A stretch of 58,179 nt of DNA, filler included, from Sphacelaria rigidula (lineage: Eukaryota), in NCBI GenBank assembly GCA_964200075.2. It is 6 parts of 6 records of this genome, joined end to end, with 100 filler letters (N's around TTAATTAATTAA, not from the genome) between each part and the next. Parts side by side here need not be neighbours in the genome. Positions count along the whole stretch, not along the records: positions 19,429 to 29,041 come from CAXNAA020008101.1; positions 29,142 to 38,754 come from CAXNAA020008102.1; 4 more parts are not named here. The stretch is one strand, 5' to 3'. The notes under the pieces were generated by a model. That model did not search any database. It was not told the origin of the DNA and was given only the letters and a program-made list of their open reading frames with translations. The translations under genes were made by a program, and so were the position numbers. Of this stretch, positions 24,499-36,634 are shown one piece after another. Positions within the stretch are counted from its first letter, which is position 1. Every line of letters begins with the position of its first letter.

Positions 24499-27400
24499 AT
24501 GTATTTGGGAATTATTTTAAGCCATGCGGTTATCTACGCCGTATCCCTCAATGCGGCAAGTAGCTTTGTGTTTCCGGCTTTCGTAACCCCGGGCTCTGGC
24601 GGCGCCCGAGTTGACCTGCGTCGAGCTCAAACTGCCAGTCAGGACCGCGTCGTGTTCTCTTATCCTGTGTCCTCTCGACGCGGATATCAGAACGTTGCCG
24701 CGCATCAGAACACTGCGGCATACTGGTATGTAGTAATACCTTCGCTTGTGATGGTTTGTTGTTTAAGCTGATGGCGCTGTTTCCCTTTCCCTACCTCCCC
24801 GTGTTACTGCAATATGCTTTTGGGTCCGAAACACTGAACATGTGACATTTCTCCACTGTCCGTACACACACCAGATGACATATTCTAGATCATGCCAGAA
24901 GTGGGCACTACTGTAGATACCGTTCACCAACCAAGCGTTGAACGTTGTTCGTTTTACACTCTACACAATCCCCTTGACCTTACTTTAAAACCAACAAGCC
25001 CTTGCCGTCTGTGCTGTTGCTGATATACGTACAGGCTGGGTGCTTCGCGGAGGCCACCGATGCCACCAGTCGCCCCCCTTTTCTCCTCGGCATCATCGCC
25101 GGACGACCAGCGGTCGAAAAAAACAATCGAGCAAGAAGTCGAGGGAATCAGGAATGCGGGCATGACAGCCGGCCAAATCAAGGAGGAACTAGACTCGTTA
25201 GGCGTGAGCTACAAGGGGTTGCTAGAGAAAATCGAGTACGTCCAGGCGCTTGCTGAAGCGAGAGTTTCAATCGATGACGCCACCCGTCCTCCGGTTCCCG
25301 AAGATGCAGCCGCGTCGGATACCGAAGCAGAACCACCAGCGGCAGAGCCAGAGGTGACGGCATCGGCCGAGGCGGCGGAGGTGGAAATAGAAACAAAGGA
25401 GGCGGCAACCGAGGCAGCCGCCGAGACCGAGGCGCAGGCAGCAGCCGAGGCGCAGGCAGCAGCCAAGGCGAAGGCGGAGGCGGAGGCGGCGGCCAAGGAG
25501 GAGGCGGAGGCAGCGGCCAAAGCGGCAGCGGTCAAGGCCGATGTACCCGTGCCCGAAATTCCGTCGCCAGCGGGTGCCGATCCGCAGCCGGACCAAGAAC
25601 GTGAGGCGGCGACCGGTGACCTCCCGGTTGAGCAGGTGGGGACAGAGGAGAAGTCTGTCTCAGAAGCGGCGGCTGAAACGGTGTCAGAAAACGAACAGAA
25701 GGCGGATGCTGTTGATCCAGCTCCAGCTCCGTCTCGGCCACCTCCCGCGTACACGGGCCACAGCAATGTCTCACTGGACGGCGAAGGAGCGGCAGATGGT
25801 GTGGATGCAACGGCCATAGATGAGGAGATAGCCAAAATTCGGGAGACTCGCATGACCGCCGGTCAGATCAAAGCGGAGCTTGGTAGTCTTGGCGTGAGCT
25901 ACACCGGTCTACTGGAAAAGCGTGAATTTGTTCAGAGACTGGCGGAAGCCAGGGTAGACCCACAGAAGGCGTCCGGCGGCGGGAGTGGTGACGGTCGGGC
26001 GCCAGCGCCCGAGGTGGGAGAGGAACCGGCCGCTCCGACGACTGAGGATAAAGAAAATGATGGCGGCGGAGATCCGGCAGCGGCGGCAGCGGCTGAAGTT
26101 GCGGAAGCGAAGGACGCAGGGCGGGAGGAAACACCTTCGGCAGTGGTGGAAGAGCCCACCCCCGTTCAGGTAGAGAAAGAGATGTCTTCGGCTGCGGAAG
26201 AAAAACAAGAAATGAAGGAGGAGAGCGAGGAACCGGCTGGTGTAAAAGTGCCAGTAGTAAAAGAGCCATCAATCGCCGAGAATGCGAACGAAGAGGAGGT
26301 GGACGATCGAAGTGAACGACACGAGAAGGAGGCGGTGGGGGAGGAGGAAGAGGAGGAGGGGGAACCAACGGTGGTAAGTGGCGTTGGAGGAAGTGCCTCT
26401 GACGCCAGCGCTCGTGAAAAGGAAGAGGTGCAGAAAATGAGAATATCAGCGATCAAAGAGGAGCTTAACGAGCGGGGAGTCAGCCACCGAGGCCTATTCG
26501 AGAAATCTGAGTTCGTAGAACTGCTGGTCGATGCAAGGATTCGCGAAGTAACCGCGCCTCCCGCTGAGGCTGGGAGCGGTAATACTGACAGCAGCGGCGG
26601 TGGCGATGCAGACAGCAGGGATAGAGGCGGGTCCTCGGATAACGACTTTGATGCCAGCTACAAGGACGTGAAGGTATGGATGGGGTGTAATAGCAAAATC
26701 TCAACACCCTTGGTTCGCCATTAAAAGTCGCCGTTCCTGCGCGTTTTATGGGCGTGCTGTTTTTGTTTCGGTAGCCCTGATGCTTGTTGTGGGAAGTGTT
26801 GCTATTGTGATGTGTGCCCGCCTGCGCGGGACGTGTGTGAGATTCCGGGATTGATGTGGAGCGAATTTGTCGTGCACACGATGGCCAGCAGAGCAATAAA
26901 TGCTCGGGGCTTCCTTGGGGTAGCGTTCTTTCTGTGCGCTCATACAGCAAATCGACTTGCGTAGTCAGTTGCTGCAGCGGCAACCCTGAGTACAATCCTC
27001 AATACCAGACACATTTCCGTGCTTTTCGTGAGATGTAATGCCCCTCCCTCCGTTGCCGACCAACGCCCGTGTCCTACCTATCCCTGTCCCACCTACACCT
27101 CATACCAACAACTTCACGCGAATAACGAAACAGATGAAGAAAATGAAAGCGGAAGACCCAAGCAGACAGCGACAACAACAGCAGCCGGGGGCGGGGGCGG
27201 GCCCCGGCGGCATGCCGAACATGGGCGGGGACGATGGTCCCGCCGGTTTCGACGTAAATAGTATTTTGAGCGGCTTGGGGGGCATGGGGGGAGGCGGCGG
27301 CGGGAGCGGGGCGCCCGGTGGAGAAAGCGGGTTCAACGTGAACGATATTTTGAGCAAACTAGGTGGTATGGGAGGGACAGAAGGGACGGCCGGCGGCGGC

Positions 27401-28242
27401 GGCGGTGGAGGAGGTGGTGGCATGGCGGACATGTTGGGCAAGATGATGAACAATCCGAAGGCGATGGAGACTTTCCAGAAGGCGCAATCGAATCCCAAGG
27501 TATGCATAAGGTGCTATGCGCACGGTGTGTGCCGTTCTCCCTCCTCCCACGCTGCTCGCCCTGCCCTAATATCTACAGCACTACTGTACACAGGATAACA
27601 CATTCCCAAGTGAGATGACCGGCCAATAAAGTGGCATTCGGATGTTTTTCATTACACGTGAATATATCGCGTATGCCATGCGGAACCTTCTGTTATCGAT
27701 GAGTATGTTTTGGTATACTACTGTAGGCGCTCTCCTGCTTGAGGGAACAGATGTTGTTTTCGTTCGCTTGTCCATATCGTACCCTTTTGTCCCCAATTTT
27801 ACTCACCTCCATCGCAAGAGTACGGTAAAACACTCGATATCCACGTACCCTTTAAGGTCGCCTTTGTCCGAAAGCTGTCGTTGAGTCCAAGATCGAGTTA
27901 CTGGCGTGATCATAATCCAAATTTTGGTGGCAAGTATTCGCGAAAAGAATCATCTTCTCGTGCCTCCGATGTATCTTTGTCAGGTGCCTTTTCATTATTA
28001 TTCTATGTATTCGAGCGTTTTATCGTAAGGTATATGCGGTTTTACGGGTTGTCAATCGGATTTATAATTTGATGGTTACCCTCGATGCGGGCTTGTTTGT
28101 GTCCCTCGCCGTGACGTATGTGACTGGTCAGGTGTTGGCCGCGATCCAAGACGTCCAGAAGAACGGGATACCTGCTATGGCCAAGTACAGCAACGATCCG
28201 GAGATCATGGCCGTTATCGAAGATCTGAAGTCACTCTTCTAG
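24499..28242 (+). CDS. Plastid-targeted acidic protein with 3 SAP-like helical repeats and a C-terminal STI1 (Hip/Hop/Tic40-type) domain, 780 aa
   Basis: Exons 24499-24725, 25035-26673, 27134-27499 and 28132-28242 (2343 nt) are all GT-AG and in frame. Signal peptide followed by ASS-FVFP (ASAFAP-like). Three repeats of the form MxxxxIKxELxxxGVSxxGLxEKxExVxxLxxAR. C-terminus MMNNPKAMETFQKAQSNPKVLAAIQDVQKNGIPAMAKYSNDPEIMAVIEDLKSLF. Confidence 0.9.
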
Positions 28243-29141
28243 AATTTTGTAATAGGATTTGAAGCTAGCAGTATGGGCATGTGGAGAAGAACGAATTACT
28301 ATTGTGAAAAGAAGTATATATATATGTAAAATCCCTCACGTGAGTATTGTGGGAAACAGAGAACGTCATGTAGCGTATGACAGTATACCGTTGAGAGGAA
28401 AGGGATAATCTCTCCCTCACGATAGTCTAGGATTGAACCTCAACATGTGGCTGGTTGACGTCAGGTTTCCGTGTTCTAGAGACTTTCCGACTCGAGAATT
28501 TAAAAAAGGAAAATGAAAGAAGAAAAAGCGTGGTGTCGGAGTTTTTGGACAAGGACCGAACTTTTTTTTTATAGTCATATATATATCCCTGTGTATGATT
28601 GTATATATCCCTGTGCTCGTCTGTCGTTCTGATATTCAAATGGCGATAACAATGAATCTGTATGGTCGGTTGATGCAACGGTGTGGGTGTCTGAGTGATG
28701 GCTCCTTACTCGTCCCTGCCGTCTAGTGTTTTGCTTGGTATGCCGCGGCACTTATCCTTAGAGCGGGAGTGGTCATTCGTTCCCCGTCACCGGTAACGGT
28801 GTATGTGCAGCCTCATTGTGTTGACTTGTGTCATGTTTCGCAGCCTCGTGAGTTTTCTTCGTCAACGCCAAAGGTGACGAAAAACACTATCTCGTCTCGA
28901 ACTCGTGTCTGTCGCCGGAACAGGCACTTTCTACGATAGCCCCGCCCCCCAAACCAGCTCAAAAGTGTCACGAAAAAAATGGCCATACAGCGCCTGATGT
29001 CTGGGTTCAGGTTGCATGAAGTGCCTCATATTGACGACATTNNNNNNNNNNNNNNNNNNNNNNNNNNNNNNNNNNNNNNNNNNNNTTAATTAATTAANNN
29101 NNNNNNNNNNNNNNNNNNNNNNNNNNNNNNNNNNNNNNNNN

Positions 29142-29966
29142 AACAAAGCATGCTGAAAACATACTTCTTCGGAATAGTCATCGAGTTTTCGAGCGCCTCT
29201 TGTTGAATATCTGAGAGAGACTTCATACTGTTGCGCCGGCGACGACCGCCGTCAGCGAAACGATCCAATGCGGGGACAGACGCCTGCGATCTTTGAAACG
29301 CAGCATCACTCAGCAGTCGGCTGAGATATACCATCACCACAGTACGGCATCACTACAGTACAGTCGATAAAATGGATGCCCCAAAATAAAGCTGCAGACA
29401 CACACGACGGAAGTAAGGGTTAGTCCGACGCTTGGGGTTGTTTCGCCAGTAGTGCCCATGCGAGGCGTTTCACCCAGTCTGAACCAGCTACCACGCTTTG
29501 TATGACCACCTCCGCCGTGGCTGCATTGAGAACGGGTTTCGCGGTGAGGCTGTCGAGCACTACTACTGTAGTGCAACGCGCTTGCGACATCCAAGCCGTT
29601 TTTTTCTATTTAGAACCCGCATCAGCTGTGGTTTGGACATCCCTCCTGACGGTCCCAACCGGGGTCTGATCCAGGGGCGGAAAGCGATGGCACCCTTCCC
29701 CTCAGATAGGATTTGTGACCACTGTAGGAATATTTGGGGAACATCGCTCGGAATGGAACATGTAGAAAAGTATATAGGGGTACTGTGGTACATTTTCCCC
29801 AGTTCAAAATCACCATGCTTTCGCTCCCGCGCAGAAACTTCTGGGTTAGGGGCACATGGTCGCAACCGGTTGCGAATCCCGAGCATTTTGAACAAAATAA
29901 ATGAAATTTCGATGGTCAGTTGAATCTCATAAAAATGTTGAACCTTAATAACGATTCCAGGCTGTT
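29142..29966 (+). mobile_element. Long-TIR non-autonomous element, copy 2 (body plus right TIR), abutting the gypsy integrase
   Basis: Homologous to 8570-9150. Ends ...AATAACGATTCCAGGCTGTT, the reverse complement of the 8329 terminus. Confidence 0.85.
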
Positions 29967-29969
29967 CTT

Positions 29970-32900
29970 TGTAGCACAAAAAAAGGGGAGGTCTCCCTGT
30001 TTTGCGCGGATCTTTTCTTCCCAATGTTTGGTGGGTACCAAGTCATCAGCATCGGCGACAAAGCGCAAACCTTTTTCATGGTGGAGTTCGCGGGCTGCAT
30101 GTTGCGGTATTTCTTGTTGTTGGCAAGATGTTGCTGTTGGGGTTTCGTCCAGTACAGGAGGATAGCACGGCACTCCAACTGAAGGTTGAATTCACGTTTC
30201 CAGGACGCTCTCCGAAGGCCTTGTCAGTGGGTTTTTTACTTGATAGCAATCTTACCTCCTCGACAGCGAGTAATCTGGTGGCCAGAGATAAGGGACACGG
30301 CCAGGGGGAGAGGTTGTTTGATCACGTCATCATCGATGGTAACGTGATAAGGCGGTGACTTGGTCGAATAGCTGTTAAGCACATATTTTGTGGGACCGGC
30401 AGGCAGATATTTGGGCTTGTCACTAGTGTCATACGGCTTCGTGCAAGGTTTGCACCGGTGCATAGAGTCATGAGATTTAGCGTTATGTCCTTGGAGATCG
30501 TGGGGGAGGTCAAGATACAAATTTTTGTCGCCAACAGGCTTTTCATCAAGTGACGATGGCGAGGGTCCGGCTGTCAGGATCTTAAATGGTCCTGTCCACT
30601 TGAGAGATAATTCAGTCTTCAAGACTGTCTTGTTGACGGCTCTGTCGGCGCCTTGGCGGATGGTTGACTAACTGCTGTAAACACAGATTCAATCGCCAAC
30701 CTTCTAGGTAGGACGTTTGTGCATCAAGTTGTAGAGAGCAGTATTGAATATCTCAAGACGCGAGGAGTTGATAGCGTGTTGTTCACGCACAAGCGTGAAA
30801 GTTTTGCGGTGTCGAGAACGCGCTAGGTTATGGGAGAATATCTGATCCTGATCCAAGCCTTGGTGGCCATCAAAGGTGTTTCGTTCAAACACGTTGATGT
30901 GCAAGCGGGGTAGCGCCCGAGATGTGATGTTTTCCAAGAGAGGTCAGTAGCGGCGTTGATCGTGTTGCTATAAGACAGCGTAACGTGCGAAATATGGAAA
31001 TCTCAATCATTTTGACGATCGTCGACTACCATATAATATAGCGTCTGGGCCATGGTGTGGTTAACGCATTCAGTGCAACCATTACCATCGGGGGGGGTGG
31101 ACGCTCGTGGCAATCTTGCGGATGTCCAGGAGCGTATATAGTCCATCCGATAGGTCGGAGCAAAATTGCTGACCACTGTCAGAGAGGAGCCATTTTGGAC
31201 AACCATAGTGCTTGATGTAGTTGTGAACTAGGATCTCAGCTGTGCCTGCGGCTGTCAAGTCTCCAGCGGTGACTGCGTACATGGACGCATGGCGGCTGAA
31301 GCGATCGGTAAAAACTTAAATGTACGTGGTCGGTAAAGGACCGAAATACAGTAGTCAAAGGACAGGAGGTGACCAGGGACGTTGGGAAGTTCCATAGAAA
31401 TGACGGGTCAACGTATTGTCTGTCGTGAGTTTTCTGCGGGCTTAACACTTGAAGCACCGACGAATCCAAAAACGAGTGGATACTTCCACACCGATCCACC
31501 GGTAGAAACGCTCAAGTAGCGCTAATGTGCGCATGACACCAAGTTGACAAGACAATTCAGTGTGGCAGCCTCTCATGACCCACAGGTGCATCAAGAATGG
31601 AACGTACATGGGGGTAGATTCGTCATCGAGTAGGTGTGCATGACGTCCAGTTGTCGCGGTTGAAGTTGCACCCGGCTGGGGCGTGGGGCGACGGACAAGC
31701 AATTGAACACCTTCATCAGTGGTGAAAATGGTATCCTTTCGTGCGAGTTCGTATACCTCAGGGGCGAATGGTGGTTGCAGTGTACCAACCGGGGCCAGAA
31801 GATTGTCCGGAATAGGGACAGAGCAACCAAGCTGTAAGAACCGTAGTGTTGCGCGGCATAACGGTTCCGCTTGTTATTCACAGGCCCAATCACGATGGGA
31901 GTAGCTGGCGATGAACTCGCCTTCCGCCGGGGAGCCGACCAAGCATGGTGGCTCGGGGAGTGATGGGACAGGTGACGGGGAGGGGGTGCCAACGTCAATA
32001 TCCACATCGGGATGAAGATCCAAGGTATTCACTCCATCATCAGGAGGAATGGGTACTGGCGATGCCGCGTAGGACGGCGTTGTTGTATTAGCGCGCGCCG
32101 GAGAGCGTGATCGACGCTTGTTGCGCGCATTACGCATTGTGGGTGTTGCCAGGGGGCGTGGCGCGCGGTTTCGTGAAGCCGGCGGTGAGCGGCTCGTGGG
32201 GACAATAGGTGTTGTCGATGGCGGCGGGAGGTGTGGGGGGTTGACACGGACGGCGGGCCGAGAACACAGATTGTCGGAAATAAGACGAATAGCTGAGGGT
32301 GGGGGGGCAGAGATATTCGCGCGAGGACCGAAAGTGCGAAAATCGACGAAATCGGCGGTTGTGGGCTTTGGCCCACCCAAAACTGCATCATATGGTAGGG
32401 GGTAAGGGCCTCCCATGTGCATACCCATTTCCGGGCAATGAAGGTCAAGGGCATAATAGGGCGCTGAAAAACGCCAGATAGGGTAGACGCCTGGTTCATC
32501 GGGTTCAGTTAACTGGCAAGCTGGACTGAAGTCTACTGCCGTTGGGGGTAGGGGTAGGTGGGAGAGAAGGTCAGCATTCCCGTTAGTTTTGCCTGGGTGG
32601 TGCTTAAACGTATACTGATAAGCTGTCAGATACTCCAATCAGCGTTGTACACGCGGATTATGTTCGTCAACCTTAGCGAGTCATTCGAGTGCTCCGTGGT
32701 CTAAGTAAATGTGGAAGGCACACGAAACAAGTATTGTCGAAGGCGCTCAATAGCCCAAGTGATGATCCCGACTTCCAGCTCCAGTGGACTCCAGTTGGTC
32801 TCGTTTGGCGGGGGGCGCGATTGATATACAGGATGGCTCGGGCAGAGCCATCAAGTTGAAGTTGATTCAGAACCGCGCCGAACCCGTCGGTGCTGGCGTC

Positions 32901-34100
32901 GGTTTGCAGTTGAAAAAGGCGAGAGCCATCTTGTACTGCATCTCAGTCTAAAAAACAGAGAGCCGGTTTCTCGGTAAGCGTCTTCAACAATTCACGTACG
33001 ACAGCTTCCATCTCTGTGATGGAGACAAAGCTGGCGCCTTTCTTCAGTAAGTTTGTAATGGGACGAGTCCGCTTGGACAGATTTAGTGAAAATTTGTGAT
33101 AGTAGGAGAGTCCACTCGATAGTGAGCGCAGCTGAGATATGTTGGTAGGCATCGACATTTTAGTCATTGCCCTGACTTTGTCGGTATCCGGGTGTAGGCA
33201 CGCTGGAGAAGTTGAGTGTCCCAGGAAATTCAATTCAGTCGCGCCAAGGCGAGCTTTGTATGGGAGCAGTTTCAAATCGTGCGTCCGTAGGCGAGAAAGA
33301 AACTCGCGTGAAGTGCGCACCTGCGAAATGTGTGAGGCATCGAAGGCTATAACATCGTCCAAGTACATGATGACTTGCTCGAGGTCCTCTGTGACGTGTT
33401 GCATCAAGAGTTGGGAACAACCTGGTGTAGTGGCGGCGCCCTGTGGCGTACGGAGCCATTCGTAGAGCCCGGAAGATGTAAAGAACACTGTCAATGGAAC
33501 TGCATCAGTCAGTGAATGGCATTCTGGATCATCTAGAGGCGAGATCGAAGGTACTGAATACTTTCCATTCGCGTAGGGAGCCGAATAATTAATCGATGCG
33601 AGGGATTGGGATTTTCCCCATGATAGTGACGCGATTCAGTCGTTTATAGTTCAAGGCGATGCGTTTATTATCATCCTTTTCGGGGGCTGCCACGAGGGGC
33701 GAGGCCCATGGAGAGGAGGAGTGGTGGATTTAACCGGCTCCTAAGTATGCACCTAAGATGACATCGACTCTTTCAGTAAGGATTTGGTTTGTCCGATATG
33801 GTCGAGAAAAGGTTTGCGAAACGCCAGGTTGAGGTATCATCTCGAAGGGCAGCGTTTTGCAATGTCCTAGATCCGTCTTGGATCGAGAAAATCGATATTG
33901 GTACTCCAGTAAGACTCGCTCAATTCTTTGATTACAGCGGGCTCCCAACCGGGCTCATGGAGGTCAAAATTGATATCACGCAAATGGGGTGGGAGTTGGT
34001 GTCACACTTGCAAGAAACTATTCCGAGGTTCTAGTGATGGACGTTGAAGCACTTCATCAGGAGGGTCGGAAGGTGACCGAGCAGTGATCAGTACAAGAGG
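29970..34100 (-). mobile_element. Degenerate Ty3/gypsy pol (RT-RNaseH-IN), copy 1
   Basis: SRPYR, GLYEWLRTPQG, YLDD and NFLGH (RT). QTDAS and HHPGKTNGNADLLS (RNase H). H...LG...CFKC zinc finger. SDSGQQF, WTGPFKI (GPY/F) and a chromo-like tail. RT-RH-IN order is gypsy type. Many frameshifts. Confidence 0.95.
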
Positions 34101-34811
34101 ACAGTATGACACCAGGATATAGTTCAACAGGGAACAGTAGTGTTTACAAAGCACATTACACTACCGGTGCGCTACAAACTTGATAGGGATCTCTTTCACG
34201 ACAAACAGTAGCCGCGCTGCCCCCGGTGCTCTACTAACTTGGTCGAGGCCGTATCAAAACGGTTGTGGTACACTCCGCAACAACCGGAGTATTATCGGGA
34301 AAAATATAGACGTATATAACTTCATACTCGAGCGCTCAGCGTGCTTCATTGAGCATCCGTGAGCTCTCAGCGCCCTAGAGCTGTTTTTCTGCGATTTCTC
34401 CGCCGCTCGGCCTCGTTTTGCCGCGAGGCTTGCGCGCAGCGATAGCCCTCAGTCGCGAGGGCCTTGCCCGCGTGCGGATCGCCTTCGCTGCGGCCGTCGC
34501 GGAGCGCTAGCGAGGTGGCAGCGTCGCGTCTCCGCGGTCTCGCACACGCGCCCCAATTACAGCCCTGTTTCTTTACAACGACCAGTCCGTTGGGGTCCTC
34601 CTACAGTCCCGCGGTTCTCGACCGTCATGACTACCGCATGACAGCGTGCGTCCATCGTTGCAACACCGGTCGCACGGGTTGTATTGCTACACTACCCTGC
34701 TGTCTGTCGTTGCTTGCTTCCAGGGTTTTATGTTGTTTCGTTTTTATTGGCCGGGGGAGATACGGCGAAAATGGGGTATTTCTCTGTTTTTCGTCCCGCC
34801 GTCTCCATATG

Positions 34812-35066
34812 TGACTACTTTGGTGCAGAGGATGGCCCCTCTAATCTAACAACTCAATGGTCTGATGACTATGATATGCATGATCATGAGTACACCTCTA
34901 ACCTAACAATTGCTATCCTCTAAACCAAAGTAAATTGTTAGGTTAGGGTAGAGGGGCTATCTTCGGAACTAAAGTAGTCAGCGCTGACTACTTTGGTTCA
35001 GAGGACCTAACATTATTGTTAGGTTAGAGGGGCTATCCTCTGACTATCCTCTGAACGAAGTAGTCA
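34812..35066. mobile_element. Two adjacent TG...CA MITEs (34812-34980, 34985-35066) with TGACTACTTT TIRs and CCTAA/TTAGG motifs
   Basis: tgactactttggtgcagaggatggcccctcta versus revcomp tgactactttagttccgaagatagcccctcta. Confidence 0.7.
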
Positions 35067-35107
35067 GCCCGAAGTAGTGAGTGCAACAGGAGCTTGCAGG
35101 CTGGTAA

Positions 35108-35246
35108 CCCTTTGGGAACTGAAGTGCTGATTTTTATTTTGTGAATCTTTGTGAATCGGCATCATTTTGAATTGAAAATGGCTGAAAATGATTCCGATTC
35201 ACCAAAACAAAAATCAGCACTCCCTGGGGATCTAGTTCCCAAAGGG
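35108..35246. mobile_element. piggyBac-like MITE
   Basis: Perfect 13-bp TIR CCCTTTGGGAACT, flanks GTAA/TTAA. Shares the internal GAATCGGCATCA motif with 15731-15828. Confidence 0.8.
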
Positions 35247-35337
35247 TTAAGATGCGGGTTACGGAAGGACATTCGACATCCTGCTGGTTTAGAGGAGAAT
35301 AGAGGAATGATGCATATATTGGGTTAGGCCACCATGT

Positions 35338-35611
35338 AGTAGTAGCAGGTGGCCTACGTTATCATAGAGTAGAGACGTCTACAATAAAACGAAATTATAA
35401 CTCAATGCCAGCTTCGACGAGCGGAACAAAGTCTCCATTTTGCAGCAATACCAACCAACTTTTCAATTTTTATCTTTCTGCGGCCCCGACCACGCACATA
35501 TGCGTCTACTTCTCGGGTGCTACTCCTGCAACTGCATCAACAACGGTTGCTTTTCATCATCAACATAATTAATTAATTAGCGTGTTAGCGGCCAGCCGCG
35601 AAGCGCCCTTG
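35338..35611 (+). mobile_element. Possible Helitron-like non-autonomous 3' end
   Basis: Short GC hairpin gcggccagccgc followed by gaagcgccCTTGT. The 5' boundary is a guess. Confidence 0.3.
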
Positions 35612-36097
35612 TATATAGATAAATACTTTCCGCGTGCCGTTCCGGCGCTTCCCCGCCCTCAATGCAAAGCTCAATTCTTAATTGTGATGATCGGCTGTTC
35701 GTTAGGGATCGTGGCGTCGTGGTGGGGTTCAGTACGATGATGGGCTAGCTACTCGACTAGTGCACCGGGAGGGCTGGTCAATGGCTGCCGGCGGGTAGCT
35801 TGATCAGCGGATGGAGGATCTCTTGTACCGGTTACGACGGTTCCCGACATGCCTCCTGACACTCAAAATTCGATTCTGTCACGATTTTTATTAAAGTAGA
35901 TTGCCCTGTGTCCAGGGCGCTTCCGATTTCAATTCATTTAAGTCTTTGTGACGTTGCGGTCTCGGATTTCGGGGGTGAAACAGGAGTGTGTAATGAAGAG
36001 CAAGCGGTATATAATGCAAGGACACAGCTTGCAACCCAAGGCACAACCTTGGCGGGCAAGTGTACAACCGTCAGGCCGCTACAACTTGTAGATACCG

Positions 36098-36634
36098 TGT
36101 GACCTGCTCAGCATTCGAATATCATACGAGGTTTCACGCAAATAGGTTCTTCACTTCTCCTTGGTTATCTTGATTCTAACTCCAGTACCCACTCAATCGA
36201 TCCAACCCAAACCAACCAATATCTCCCACCGATGGTTGGACTTCCTTTTGCTGGCTAGCAGAGGGGAGCAGTTGGTAGTGCGAAGGATGGGCAAGCTATA
36301 TCGGTTCCAGCCGATCTATCTCGCCATCTCTTACCAATATACAAGCTCATATTCGTACCTGACCAAATCTGAACAGACCTGCGATCTTGGCTACCGAAAC
36401 TCAAGGAAGCAACTAGCCGGACTCGACAAAGGGTCTGAAGCAGCATGACAACAGGCTAATATGCGTCTTCATGACACTAACCCACCCAGACCAACCTTTA
36501 CTACAGCTGCGAGGATTTATCCTCAAAGCAGCGAAAACTAAGGTTCTTCTTTACTCGTTAAGTCATGAGTGGCTAATAAGGCATACCTCAAGGAACACTG
36601 CCGTACCTAACATTCCCGTACCAACAATCGTGCA
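36098..36634 (-). repeat. Probable 3' LTR of gypsy copy 2
   Basis: TGTGAC...GTGCA ends, preceded on the minus strand by the purine-rich tract GAGGTGTGGGAGTGGG (PPT-like), downstream of the integrase. Confidence 0.5.

Noticed and set aside
25178..26456. Long minus-strand and alternate-frame ORFs
   Set aside because: Shadows of the GC-rich exon 2 of the STI1 gene.
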